Shown piece by piece: positions 9,636 to 18,809 of a DNA stretch of 34,028 bases (the first letter of the stretch is position 1; each line of letters opens with the position of its first letter). The DNA lies in assembly GCA_964572275.1 (NCBI GenBank), contig CAZNED010000004.1, positions 1 through 34,028 on the forward strand, read 5' to 3'. This DNA is from an uncultured Candidatus Saccharibacteria bacterium. GTDB taxonomy: Bacteria; Patescibacteriota; Minisyncoccia; Minisyncoccales; UBA1441. The notes under the pieces are model-generated. The model ran no database searches, had not been told where the DNA came from, and worked only from the letters and a program-made list of their open reading frames with translations. Both the position numbers and the translations under genes were made by a program.

Positions 9636-10420
9636 AAGTTATTCGTCCCTCCAGAAAAAAAACTTATTATCCTTTCTATCAAAGGAAAGTTTTTTGGCAA
9701 AGTCTAACTATCTTTATTCTTTTAATAATTATCATCTATTTGATATTATTTTCTCGTGCTTTTGAGAGAGAGCGTTTGACTATTGAAGGGAATGAAATCA
9801 TCCCTTCAAACATAATAAAGGAAATTTCTCAAAATTTTTTTGACAGACAAATAACTGATAGCTTAATTTGGCCGATTAATTCTTTAAAGAAGGAACTTAA
9901 AGAAACATTGCCCTATATTAATGAAGTCAAGATAATACGCAAATGGCCACATGAAATTATAATTTCTCTGGTAGAAAAAACTCCGAAATTCTGTCTAGAA
10001 ATATCCGAAGATTTTTCTTTCTTAATAGACAAAAATGCTGCAATTCTTGAAACAATTAACGGTAAATGTTCATCCGATATTATTATCATAAAATTTATTA
10101 ATAGCATGACAGAATTTGAATCGCTTAAACAGGATTATTGGTCGGTGATTCATGAGATCGATAACGCATTATCCATGTTGAATCTTAAATTAGAAGAGTT
10201 GCAAATAGAAGATCTCAGAATTAATGCCATGATTCGCAATTCAATTCCAGAACAACCATCGTGGTGGATTAAATTCAATCTTACATTTGATTTGCAAAAA
10301 CAATTAGAACGTTTAAAATTATTCTTGAAAACCAGAAATGCTGAAGAGATAGAGTCGATAGATTACATTGATTTGGGTAGTCATGAAGAGCGTATTTTTT
10401 ATGTTAATCGAGATAAATAG
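9632..10420 (+). CDS. ftsQ: FtsQ/DivIB-like cell division protein (POTRA domain)
   Basis: Basic N-terminus, one TM helix, IEGN, PYINEVKIIRKWPHEIIISLVE, C-terminal YIDL. Confidence 0.7.
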   Translation: MKVIRPSRKKTYYPFYQRKVFWQSLTIFILLIIIIYLILFSRAFERERLTIEGNEIIPSNIIKEISQNFFDRQITDSLIWPINSLKKELKETLPYINEVKIIRKWPHEIIISLVEKTPKFCLEISEDFSFLIDKNAAILETINGKCSSDIIIIKFINSMTEFESLKQDYWSVIHEIDNALSMLNLKLEELQIEDLRINAMIRNSIPEQPSWWIKFNLTFDLQKQLERLKLFLKTRNAEEIESIDYIDLGSHEERIFYVNRDK

Positions 10421-10434
10421 AGAATTATCCAATG

Positions 10435-10463
10435 TTGACACGCCTCTTAAATTGTGTTATCAT
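10435..10463 (+). promoter_or_regulatory. Sigma70 promoter of grpE-dnaK-dnaJ
   Basis: Perfect TTGACA (10435-10440), 17 bp, TGn-TATCAT extended -10 (10458-10463), 21 nt before the grpE ATG. Confidence 0.8.
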
Positions 10464-10484
10464 CACTAATGATTTTAATCAATA

Positions 10485-10973
10485 ATGACTTCAGAAGAAA
10501 AAAATAAAAAAATAAAGATTAGCGAGCAATTAACTGATTGTCTGAAAGAAAAAGAAGAATATTTGAAAGGGTGGCAAAGAGAAAGGGCTGATTTTATTAA
10601 CTATAAAAAAGATGAGTTTGATAGAATTAATAGAATGTCTCAATTGGCAAATCGAGAAATTCTATTGGATTTATTGGTAGTTTTAGATAATATAGAAAGA
10701 TTGAGAAACGAGATCGGAAAGCGTGATAAAGGTTTTTTGTATGAAGGTAGTGTCAAAATTCAAACGGAATGCATGCATGTGTTAAAAAAATATGGTGTGA
10801 GAAGAATGGTTGTCCAGCAGAAACAATTTGACCCAAAAGAGCATGAAGCCGTTGAAGTTATCCAATCGGATGAAGAGCAAGAAGGCACTGTATTAGAGGA
10901 AGTTTCAGCCGGATATTGGTTGCATGAAGAAGTTTTAAGACCAGCACAAGTTAAGATTGCCGGCATTAAGTAA
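10485..10973 (+). CDS. grpE: Nucleotide exchange factor GrpE
   Basis: QRERADFINYKK, LLVVLDNIER, FDPKEHEAV, GYWLHEEVLRPAQV; upstream of dnaK. Confidence 0.96.
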   Translation: MTSEEKNKKIKISEQLTDCLKEKEEYLKGWQRERADFINYKKDEFDRINRMSQLANREILLDLLVVLDNIERLRNEIGKRDKGFLYEGSVKIQTECMHVLKKYGVRRMVVQQKQFDPKEHEAVEVIQSDEEQEGTVLEEVSAGYWLHEEVLRPAQVKIAGIK

Positions 10974-10998
10974 TTAAGAATTAATTTAATTGTAGAAA

Positions 10999-12891
10999 AT
11001 GTCTAAGGTATTAGGAATTGATCTAGGAACAACGTTCTCGGCTATGGCTGTAATTGAAGCCGGTGAACCGAAAATAATTGAGAATAAAGAAGGTGCACGC
11101 ACAACGCCATCTATTATTGCTGTTAATAAAAAAGGGGAAAGATTGGTCGGTGTTTTGGCACAGCGACAAACAATAACTAATCCAGAGAATACCGTTTTCG
11201 GAACTAAGCGTCTAATCGGGAGAAAATTTTCTGATCCTGTTGTTCAAGAAGATTATCGTAAAACATCGTTTAAAATGCGAGGAACTGATGATGATCGAAT
11301 AGAAATAAAGATGGGTGATCAATGGTATCGACCGGTGCAAATTTCAGCTATGATTTTAGGAAAACTTAAAAAAGATGCTGAAGAAAAATTAGGAGTTAAA
11401 ATTGATGAAGCGGTCATTACATGTCCTGCTTATTTTAATGATGATCAACGTCAAGAAACAAAGGCGGCTGGAGAGATTGCTGGTTTAAAAGTTCTTCGTA
11501 TCATTAATGAACCAACAGCTGCTGCATTAGCATATGGTTTAATTAAAAGGAAAGACGAGCAAATCTTGGTTTATGATTTTGGGGGAGGAACATTTGACGT
11601 TTCTATTCTTGATATCGGTGATGATACTATTGAAGTGAAAGCTACCGGTGGAGACACTCATCTGGGTGGCAATGATTTTGATCAAAAAATTATTGATTGG
11701 GTTATCGTTCGCTTCAAGCAGGAAGAAGGGATCGACCTTGCTAAAGATCCTTTGGCTTTGCAACGGATTAAAGATGCAGCTGAAAAGGCTAAAATTGAGC
11801 TTTCAACAACGCTAGAAACAGAAATTAATTTACCATTCATTACTTCAACTCAAGAAGGCCCTCGACATCTATTATATTCTTTAAGCCGAGCCAATCTGGA
11901 AGATATGGTTGATGAATATATTGCAAAGTCATTAGATTTGACTAAAAATGTTTTAAAAGATGCGGGTTTAAAACCGGATGAAATAGAAGAAGTAATTTTA
12001 GTCGGCGGACAAACGCGCATGCCTAAGATTCAAGAGGAGATTAAGAAATTATTCCAAAGAGAGCCAAATCGATCTATTAATCCGGATGAAGTCGTGGCAA
12101 TCGGAGCGGCTGTTCAGGGTGGTATTTTACAAGGAGAGATGAAAGACGTTCTCTTGCTTGATGTTGTTCCTCTTTCGTTAGGATTAGAAACAATGGGAGG
12201 AGTAATGACAAAACTTATAGATAAAAATACTACTATTCCTACCCAGAAATCGCAAATTTTCTCAACTGCAGCTGATAGCCAGCCTTCTGTTGAAATAAAT
12301 GTTCTGCAAGGAGAGCGAGCTATGGCAAATGACAATCGTAGCTTGGGAAGATTTATCTTAGATGGCATTCCTCCAGCTCCTCGCGGAGTTCCTCAAATTG
12401 AAGTTAAATTTGATATTGATGCCAATGGTATTCTCAGTGTCTCAGCTCGAGATAAGGGAACGGGAAAAGAGCAATCTGTGCGAATAGAGGGATCAGCTAG
12501 TGTTTCAAGTGAAGAAATTGAAAAAATGAAGAACGAAGCCCAGAAGTATGCCGAACAAGATTCTCAAAAGAAACAATTGATTGAAGTGAAAAATCAAGCT
12601 GATACTGTAATCTATAGTGCGCGTAAAACCATCCAAGACCTTAAAGGAAAAATATCTGATGAAGATTATAAGAAAATTGAAGAACAATTATCTGAATTGG
12701 AGAAAGTGAAGGGGGGCGAAGATCTTGATGAAATAAAGAATAAAATGGATTCGCTACAACAAATTCTGCAAAAAATAGGCACTGATATATATCAGAAGAA
12801 TCAAGAATCTTCATCATCTCCAAAAGAAGAGACAGATCATAAAGAGGCAGAGAATGGCCAAGAGCCCTCAAATGATGAAAAGAAAGACTAA
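10999..12891 (+). CDS. dnaK: Chaperone DnaK (Hsp70)
   Basis: [58 protein letters not shown]. Confidence 0.99.
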   Translation: MSKVLGIDLGTTFSAMAVIEAGEPKIIENKEGARTTPSIIAVNKKGERLVGVLAQRQTITNPENTVFGTKRLIGRKFSDPVVQEDYRKTSFKMRGTDDDRIEIKMGDQWYRPVQISAMILGKLKKDAEEKLGVKIDEAVITCPAYFNDDQRQETKAAGEIAGLKVLRIINEPTAAALAYGLIKRKDEQILVYDFGGGTFDVSILDIGDDTIEVKATGGDTHLGGNDFDQKIIDWVIVRFKQEEGIDLAKDPLALQRIKDAAEKAKIELSTTLETEINLPFITSTQEGPRHLLYSLSRANLEDMVDEYIAKSLDLTKNVLKDAGLKPDEIEEVILVGGQTRMPKIQEEIKKLFQREPNRSINPDEVVAIGAAVQGGILQGEMKDVLLLDVVPLSLGLETMGGVMTKLIDKNTTIPTQKSQIFSTAADSQPSVEINVLQGERAMANDNRSLGRFILDGIPPAPRGVPQIEVKFDIDANGILSVSARDKGTGKEQSVRIEGSASVSSEEIEKMKNEAQKYAEQDSQKKQLIEVKNQADTVIYSARKTIQDLKGKISDEDYKKIEEQLSELEKVKGGEDLDEIKNKMDSLQQILQKIGTDIYQKNQESSSSPKEETDHKEAENGQEPSNDEKKD

Positions 12892-12899
12892 AATAGATT

Positions 12900-13976
12900 A
12901 TGGAAGATTATTACGAAATATTAGGGATAGATCGTGCAGCTACAAATGATGAGGTTAAGAAGGCATATCGACGATTGGCACATAAATATCATCCAGATAA
13001 GGGTGGAGATGGGGAAAAATTTAAGAAAATAAGCGAAGCCTACAGCATATTATCAAATAAAGATAAGAGAGCTCAATACGATCGGTTTGGATCATCCTTT
13101 AATGCCTATCAATCGGCACCCGGAACAGATGGCGCTCCTTTTGGTTTTAATTTCCAACAATCTGATTTTGGCAATATTTTTAATGATTTCGATTTAGGCG
13201 ATATCTTTGATTTCGCATTTAAACAAAATACATATCATCCCAATAACCAGGGCGAAGATATCCATATACTGATTGAGCTAGGGTTGTCAGAAGTTTTAAA
13301 AATTCAACACAAGAAAGTATCTCTCAAAAAGAAAATTATTTGTCATCGTTGTCAAGGAAGCGGATCTGAGCCATCGACATTATTAAAAGAGTGTACGGCT
13401 TGTCGAGGAAAGGGGAGAGTGCATCAGGTCAAAAGAACTATTTTTGGTAATATGGCTCATTATACTGTTTGCCCAGAATGCCAAGGCACTGGAGAGGTTC
13501 CAGAGAAAGCTTGTAATATTTGTCATGGCCAGGGAAGAATCGACCAAGAGATCAGCATTGATCTTGAGATTCCTGCAGGAGTGGATAATGGACAGGTTCT
13601 AAAATTCAATAATTCGGGTCATGCTGGTTTTAGAAAACAGCCTTCGGGAGATTTATACGTGAAAGTCAATATTAAAGCACATAAAGAATTTAATAGACAG
13701 AGAGATGATCTAATCGGATTATTGCCATTAAAATTTTCAGAAGCAGTTTTAGGTGGAAAGATCGAGATGAAAGATTTGTCGGGAGAAAATGTAGTAGTTA
13801 ATATTCCCCGCGGATCTGAAGCCGGACAAATAATTAAAATTAAAGATCGAGGTATTCCTCATTATGGTCGCTTAGGGCGAGGTGATCTATATTTACATTT
13901 GCAAATCATAACTCCCAAACGCTTAACCAGAGATCAAGAAGAGTTGCTGAAAAAGTTGCAAAATGAGGGCTTATAA
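12900..13976 (+). CDS. dnaJ: Chaperone DnaJ
   Basis: J domain with HPD, G/F region, four CxxCxGxG repeats (CHRCQGSG, CTACRGKG, CPECQGTG, CNICHGQG). Confidence 0.98.
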   Translation: MEDYYEILGIDRAATNDEVKKAYRRLAHKYHPDKGGDGEKFKKISEAYSILSNKDKRAQYDRFGSSFNAYQSAPGTDGAPFGFNFQQSDFGNIFNDFDLGDIFDFAFKQNTYHPNNQGEDIHILIELGLSEVLKIQHKKVSLKKKIICHRCQGSGSEPSTLLKECTACRGKGRVHQVKRTIFGNMAHYTVCPECQGTGEVPEKACNICHGQGRIDQEISIDLEIPAGVDNGQVLKFNNSGHAGFRKQPSGDLYVKVNIKAHKEFNRQRDDLIGLLPLKFSEAVLGGKIEMKDLSGENVVVNIPRGSEAGQIIKIKDRGIPHYGRLGRGDLYLHLQIITPKRLTRDQEELLKKLQNEGL

Positions 13977-13984
13977 TTTAGAAT
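13956..13984 (+). promoter_or_regulatory. Putative sigma70 promoter for tRNA-Lys/ctpA overlapping the dnaJ 3' end
   Basis: TTGCAA (13956-13961), 17 bp, TAGAAT (13979-13984); tRNA begins after a 9-nt gap. Confidence 0.55.
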
Positions 13985-13993
13985 AATGTCATT

Positions 13994-14065
13994 GGGTCCG
14001 TAACTCAATGGTAGAGTAACTGCCTTTTAAGCAGTAGGTTGTGCGTTCGAGTCGCACCGGACCCA
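13994..14065 (+). tRNA. tRNA-Lys(UUU), CCA not encoded
   Basis: Acceptor GGGTCCG/CGGACCC plus A73, D arm with TGGTA, anticodon arm ACTGC-CTTTTAA-GCAGT, T arm GTGCG-TTCGAGT-CGCAC. Confidence 0.96.
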
Positions 14066-14086
14066 CATTTGTTTAAATTAAAAAAT

Positions 14087-15289
14087 ATGCAAAAAAAACA
14101 TGAGTATTTAAAATCATTATTTTTCGCCGTTATAGGATTTTTTGTTTGCGCTATACTAGGAACGATTTTATTGATACATTATGGTTTCCTTCCTTATAAT
14201 CCACCGATTCAATCTCCAGATGATATTGATCTATCAGTATTCTGGGAAGCATGGAATAATATAGAAGAATATTATATAAATTCTAAAGATCTTGACCGTC
14301 AAGAAATGGTTTACGGAGCAGTATCTGGAATGGTTTCTTCCCTTGGAGATCCTCATACGTCCTTTTTTAATCCTCAAGAATCATCCAAATTCAGAGAAGA
14401 TCTATCTGGAGAGATTGAAGGAGTAGGGATGGAGATAGGCCTAAGGAATGGTTATGTCACAGTCATTGCTCCTTTAAAAAACACACCTGCCGAGAAAGCC
14501 GGTTTGCAGCCAGGAGATCAAATCATTAAGGTTGACGATCATTCAACAATCGATATAACAGTAGAAAAAGCTGTTGAATTAATTCGAGGAGAGAAAGGAA
14601 GCCAGGTTAGTATCACTATTAGGAGAGCTGATGTTTACGAGGAGAAAGAATTCATCTTAACACGAGCCTTAATTCAAATTCCATCAGTTACATGGGAAAT
14701 AATTTCTGATGATATTGCTTATTTGCGCATACATCATTTCCATGAAGGCTTGACGCATTCCTTTCAAAATGTAGCTGCTGAGATACTTAAAAGTCCTGCA
14801 CAAGGAATAATTTTAGATTTACGCAATAATCCGGGTGGCTATCTTGATGTAGCTATTAATGTAGCTGGATGGTTCTTGCCGAAAGAAGATGTTGTTGCCA
14901 TAGAAGAGTTTGCAGATAGTCAACAACAAGTATTCCAAGCACAAGGCAACGCTAAATTATCCTATTACCCAATGATAATAATTATCAATCAGGGAAGCGC
15001 ATCAGGGTCAGAGATTTTAGCTGGGGCATTACGCGACAATCGCAAAATAACAATTGTGGGGGAAAATTCATTTGGAAAAGGTTCCGTACAACAAACCTTT
15101 AATCTCAAAGATGGCTCTTTGGTTAAAATTACTATTGCAAAATGGCTCACACCTCATGGGTATTTAATTGAAGGAGCTGGTCTAGAGCCAGATGTTACAG
15201 TTGAGGTAGATATAGAACAGTATTTGGCTAGTGGCAAAGATGACCAATTGGATAAAGCAGTAGAAATATTAAAAGGTATTATTAAATAA
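14087..15289 (+). CDS. ctpA: Carboxy-terminal processing protease (S41, PDZ domain)
   Basis: N-terminal TM, LGDPHT, PDZ (GVGMEI, PAEKAGLQPGD), LDLRNNPGG, SASGSEI, GKGSVQ; start moved to ATG 14087 after the tRNA. Confidence 0.93.
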   Translation: MQKKHEYLKSLFFAVIGFFVCAILGTILLIHYGFLPYNPPIQSPDDIDLSVFWEAWNNIEEYYINSKDLDRQEMVYGAVSGMVSSLGDPHTSFFNPQESSKFREDLSGEIEGVGMEIGLRNGYVTVIAPLKNTPAEKAGLQPGDQIIKVDDHSTIDITVEKAVELIRGEKGSQVSITIRRADVYEEKEFILTRALIQIPSVTWEIISDDIAYLRIHHFHEGLTHSFQNVAAEILKSPAQGIILDLRNNPGGYLDVAINVAGWFLPKEDVVAIEEFADSQQQVFQAQGNAKLSYYPMIIIINQGSASGSEILAGALRDNRKITIVGENSFGKGSVQQTFNLKDGSLVKITIAKWLTPHGYLIEGAGLEPDVTVEVDIEQYLASGKDDQLDKAVEILKGIIK

Positions 15290-15294
15290 AATAT

Positions 15295-15738
15295 ATGAAA
15301 GTAATTTTAAATCAAGATGTGCCTAAATTAGGAGTGAAAGGCGAAATAAAAGATGTTGCAAAAGGGTATGCTCGCAATTTTCTCTTTTCAAACAATTTTG
15401 TTAAACTTGCTACAAAATCCAATTTAGCACAACTACAGCGACTACAAGAATCTAAAACACTTATGCAGAAGAAACAAGCAATTCAAGCTCGGGAATTCGC
15501 TAAAAACATCGCAGAGAAGATATTTATATTACCGGTCGAAGTAGGGGATAAGGGGCAATTATTCCAAGCGATAGATGTTGTTCAAATTTCGGACCTATTG
15601 ACAAAAGAAGGATTTCCTGTTAATAAAACACAAATAATAATCGGTAAACCGATCAAAGAATTGGGTAAATTTGAGATTGATATTAAATTAACACCGGAAA
15701 TTATCGCTAAGGCAAAGCTAGAAGTCAGCGCACGTTAA
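15295..15738 (+). CDS. rplI: 50S ribosomal protein L9
   Basis: [40 protein letters not shown]. Confidence 0.96.
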   Translation: MKVILNQDVPKLGVKGEIKDVAKGYARNFLFSNNFVKLATKSNLAQLQRLQESKTLMQKKQAIQAREFAKNIAEKIFILPVEVGDKGQLFQAIDVVQISDLLTKEGFPVNKTQIIIGKPIKELGKFEIDIKLTPEIIAKAKLEVSAR

Positions 15739-15997
15739 GCACTTTAACAATTCTTTGTCGTCCGTCAAAACTTATTTTTCGACGAGTTTGAAACTCAAGT
15801 ATTCCAGCTTGAGCAGCATAAAGAGTATCATCTCGACCGATTTTAACGTTATGCCCGGGAATGAATTTTGTTCCACGTTGACGAACTAAAATCATACCAG
15901 CCCGTACCGGTTGTCCACCAAAGATCTTTACACCTAGTCTTTGTGACTGAGAATCTCTTGAATTGGCAGTTGCTTTTTTGGAAGCTTTCTTAGACAT
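15725..15997 (-). CDS. rpmA: 50S ribosomal protein L27
   Basis: [33 protein letters not shown]. Confidence 0.96.
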   Translation of the reverse strand: MSKKASKKATANSRDSQSQRLGVKIFGGQPVRAGMILVRQRGTKFIPGHNVKIGRDDTLYAAQAGILEFQTRRKISFDGRQRIVKVLNVR

Positions 15998-16019
15998 GAT
16001 TTCAATAAATTAATAACGC

Positions 16020-16048
16020 ATTATAATTGATTTAGGCGTTTTTGTCTA
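16020..16048 (-). promoter_or_regulatory. Sigma70 promoter for rpmA
   Basis: On the - strand: TAGACA (16048-16043), 17 bp, perfect TATAAT (16025-16020). Confidence 0.65.
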
Positions 16049-16055
16049 GTCGATT

Positions 16056-16223
16056 ATGGATGAAAAAATCTATAATATAAAAGAAAAAATAAAGAGGGAA
16101 GGGGAAAAGATAAAATTTTTTATTGTAATTTTTCTATTGTCTTTTTTGGCCTTTGGTTTCGGATATCTTGCAGCTCAATATCAAGCGAGAGAGCCTTTAC
16201 AAATAGAAAATTTCATTAATTAA
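16056..16223 (+). CDS. Small single-pass membrane protein, 55 aa (absent from the ORF track)
   Basis: Hand translation MDEKIYNIKEKIKREGEKIKFFIVIFLLSFLAFGFGYLAAQYQAREPLQIENFIN; clean TM segment; fills the rpmA-xer gap; ATTATG start context like neighbouring genes. Confidence 0.7.
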   Translation: MDEKIYNIKEKIKREGEKIKFFIVIFLLSFLAFGFGYLAAQYQAREPLQIENFIN

Positions 16224-17190
16224 GCGATTTTCCTCCATGAAAGCGCTTATGAAGATCTTTTAAGCGTTTGTTCGTAACGTGAGTATATATTTGCGTGGTA
16301 GCAATATTCTGATGCCCTAAGAATTCTTGAACTGTTCGCAAATCAGCCCCTTGGTTTAATAAATCTGTAGCGAAGGAATGTCTTAAAGTATGCGGCGTAG
16401 TGTTAATAGATAATCCGGCTTGTAAAGAATATTTTTTAATTATTTTCTCGACAGAGCGTATAGTAAGACGATGGCTGGAGCCATGAGATGCTCTATAGCT
16501 AATAAATAAAGGTTCTGGACCGTCTAAATTCGGTTTAACAATACGATCACGAACTTGTAAATATCGATTTAACCATTGCACTGATCTTTCTGAAAAGTAA
16601 ACAGTCCGAGTATAATTTCCTTTACCAACGATACTTAATTCAATAGAAGCTTGGTTTGTTTGGGCGTCTCTAAATTGTTTTCTGTTCAAAGATATTAATT
16701 CACTGATCCTTAGACCTGTGGAAAACAGAATTTCCATAATTGCTCGGTCGCGTAAACCAATGAAAGATTCAATATTAGGTATCTGTAGCAATTTATTTAA
16801 TTGTTCGAGATTAAGAAATTCTACTTTTTTGGTTTTTTTCTGTTTAGCTAATTCTATTTTCTCGGAGGGGAGAGACTTGATATTTTTAGCAGCAAAAAAG
16901 TTTAATAAGCTTCTTAAGGCGATTAAATAATAATTTTGGGTTACTTTCTTCAAAGTGCGTTGATTTTTATCAGCTGCTCTAGCTAAGAAGACTCGATACT
17001 GCCAAATATGATCTGAATCTATTTGGTGTGGCCTGAGCGATTCTAGATTATTAATTCTTAGCCAGTAAGAAAATTTATTCAAGAAACGATCATAATTTTC
17101 TTGTGTTTTACTGGATAGTCCTTTTTCAACGTCTAGCCAGTCTAAAAAATCAGGAATATGGTCAATAATGCTTTTTGAGCTTTCTTGCAT
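16216..17190 (-). CDS. Xer-family tyrosine recombinase (XerC/XerD-like)
   Basis: N-terminal FLDWLDVEKGLSSKT; catalytic R (TGLRISE), K (GKG), HTLRH, LGH, Y (TTQIYTHV). Confidence 0.93.
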   Translation of the reverse strand: MQESSKSIIDHIPDFLDWLDVEKGLSSKTQENYDRFLNKFSYWLRINNLESLRPHQIDSDHIWQYRVFLARAADKNQRTLKKVTQNYYLIALRSLLNFFAAKNIKSLPSEKIELAKQKKTKKVEFLNLEQLNKLLQIPNIESFIGLRDRAIMEILFSTGLRISELISLNRKQFRDAQTNQASIELSIVGKGNYTRTVYFSERSVQWLNRYLQVRDRIVKPNLDGPEPLFISYRASHGSSHRLTIRSVEKIIKKYSLQAGLSINTTPHTLRHSFATDLLNQGADLRTVQEFLGHQNIATTQIYTHVTNKRLKDLHKRFHGGKSLN

Positions 17191-17195
17191 AATCT

Positions 17196-17223
17196 ATTTC
17201 GCTTAATCTACATTATGCGAACT
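17196..17223 (-). other. dif-like Xer recombination site (11-6-11)
   Basis: - strand AGTTCGCATAA-TGTAGA-TTAAGCGAAAT versus E. coli dif GGTGCGCATAA-TGTATA-TTATGTTAAAT; arms are 9/11 inverted repeats; 5 bp upstream of the xer ATG. Confidence 0.8.
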
Positions 17224-17237
17224 TGGACATCAAACAC

Positions 17238-17265
17238 ATCTTATCCCTTCTCTTGTTCTTGTCAA
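17238..17265 (-). promoter_or_regulatory. Putative sigma70 promoter of xer
   Basis: - strand TTGACA (17265-17260), 16 bp, TAAGAT (17243-17238); places the dif-like site in the 5' UTR. Confidence 0.6.
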
Positions 17266-17282
17266 ACGATAGAATCATTTGC

Positions 17283-18809
17283 TTAGAGTAATTGATAAGC
17301 TTTTTTTAATCGAGTAATTGTTTTTTGAAATCCAAGCACTGCTGCTACCTCGAACGGTCCGGCAGAATTTTCTTTCCCAGTCAAAGCTACGCGAACAGGC
17401 CAGAGAAGAGTTCCTCTGTCCCCTATCTCTTCTGCAATTTTAAGGAGAATCTCTGTAATTTTATCAATATTCCATTCTTTTTTGCAAGAAGATAGGCCAT
17501 CTATCGCTTTATTAATTGCTTGTTTAATATCTTTAGGATCTTTCCCCTTCCATATTAGCAAATCAGCAGGATATTCTATATCTTCTTTTAAGAAATAATC
17601 TACAAGATTAGTAATCTCCGATAAAACTTTCAATCTTTCTTGATAAAGACTAACTATTTTTTCTAGATATCCTAAAGAAATTATTTCACTCGTTGCCTTA
17701 ATTTTATATTCTTGTTTTGTTTCAGAAACAACCTCCAATAGATCTGCTTCTATTAAATAAGGCAAACACATATTAGTTAATATCGGTAATGATTCTTGTC
17801 TGATGTAATGTCCATTCATCCAATTTAAGCGAACGATATCAAATATTGCTGGTGATTTCTGAACTTTTTCTAAGCTGAATTTTTCAATTAATTCCTCCAT
17901 AGAATATATTTCTCTATCTGCCCCCTCGCTCCACCCTAATAAGATAATGAAATTAATCAAAGCCTGGGCAAGATATCCTGATTTTTGATAATCACTAATC
18001 GCAACAACATCTTCCCTTTTGCTTAATTTCCGCCTTGTTGGCCCTAAAACTAATGGCAAATGAGCGAATTCTGGAACATCAATTCCCATAAATTCAGCTA
18101 AAATTATCTGCTTAGGAGTGTTTGAAATATGCTCTGCTCCACGCATAACGTGAGTAATTTTCATCAAATAATCATCAATCACTACTGCTAAATTATAAAG
18201 TGGCTCTGTTACGCTTTTAGCAATAATAAAATCACCTAATTCAGAAGAATTAAATTCTGTTTTACCATAGATCAAATCATCAAAAGCAATGACTCTTTCC
18301 GTAGGAGTTTTAAGACGAATAACAGCAGGTTCGCCATTAGCTAATCTTTTCTTAGCTTCTTTAGGATCTATTTTACGACAAGTACCAAGATAGCGAGGCG
18401 GCTCACCGATACTGGCATGATATTCTTTCTGCGCCGTTAATTCTTCTTGAGTGCAAAAACAATAATAGGCCTTATCTTCGTCAAGTAATTTCTGAATATA
18501 AGATGCATATATCTCTAATCTCTTACTTTGAGAATAAGGAGCATATGGACCTCCTTTATCAGGCCCTTCGTCCCAATCAAGCCCTAGCCAGTGTAAATAA
18601 TCTATGATATTTCTTTCCCATTGTTTTTTTGAACGCTTTCGATCAGTATCTTCAATTCTTAATATAAATTCTCCGTTGTTCTGCCGCGCAAATAGATAAT
18701 TGAACAAGGCCGTGCGCACAGTTCCTATATGCAGTGGACCTGTAGGTGATGGAGCTAAACGCACTCTTACTTTATTGGGAGTATTTAATTTCAATTTTCC
18801 ATTGCTCAT
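17283..18809 (-). CDS. gltX: Glutamyl-tRNA synthetase
   Basis: RVRLAPSPTGPLHIG, LRIEDTD, YYCFC, THVMRGAEHISNT, KLSKR. Confidence 0.97.
   Translation of the reverse strand: MSNGKLKLNTPNKVRVRLAPSPTGPLHIGTVRTALFNYLFARQNNGEFILRIEDTDRKRSKKQWERNIIDYLHWLGLDWDEGPDKGGPYAPYSQSKRLEIYASYIQKLLDEDKAYYCFCTQEELTAQKEYHASIGEPPRYLGTCRKIDPKEAKKRLANGEPAVIRLKTPTERVIAFDDLIYGKTEFNSSELGDFIIAKSVTEPLYNLAVVIDDYLMKITHVMRGAEHISNTPKQIILAEFMGIDVPEFAHLPLVLGPTRRKLSKREDVVAISDYQKSGYLAQALINFIILLGWSEGADREIYSMEELIEKFSLEKVQKSPAIFDIVRLNWMNGHYIRQESLPILTNMCLPYLIEADLLEVVSETKQEYKIKATSEIISLGYLEKIVSLYQERLKVLSEITNLVDYFLKEDIEYPADLLIWKGKDPKDIKQAINKAIDGLSSCKKEWNIDKITEILLKIAEEIGDRGTLLWPVRVALTGKENSAGPFEVAAVLGFQKTITRLKKAYQLL

Noticed and set aside
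14039-14086. ORF-track start of ctpA at 14039
   Set aside because: It falls inside tRNA-Lys; in-frame ATG 14087 precedes the signal anchor. Similar over-extended starts for xseA, murG, aspS and the DNPH1-like gene were also trimmed.
16096-16103. KOPS-like GGGAAGGG pointing toward the dif-like site
   Set aside because: A single instance inside a coding sequence, and the KOPS consensus for this lineage is unknown.
16216-17190. Xer gene as a prophage or integron integrase
   Set aside because: It is flanked by core genes, no phage genes or attC cassettes are visible, and it looks like a housekeeping Xer without an obvious IntI insertion.
17196-17223. Resemblance to loxP (TTCG-ATAATGTA...CGAA)
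   Set aside because: The geometry is 11-6-11 like dif, not 13-8-13; the similarity reflects shared tyrosine-recombinase site features.
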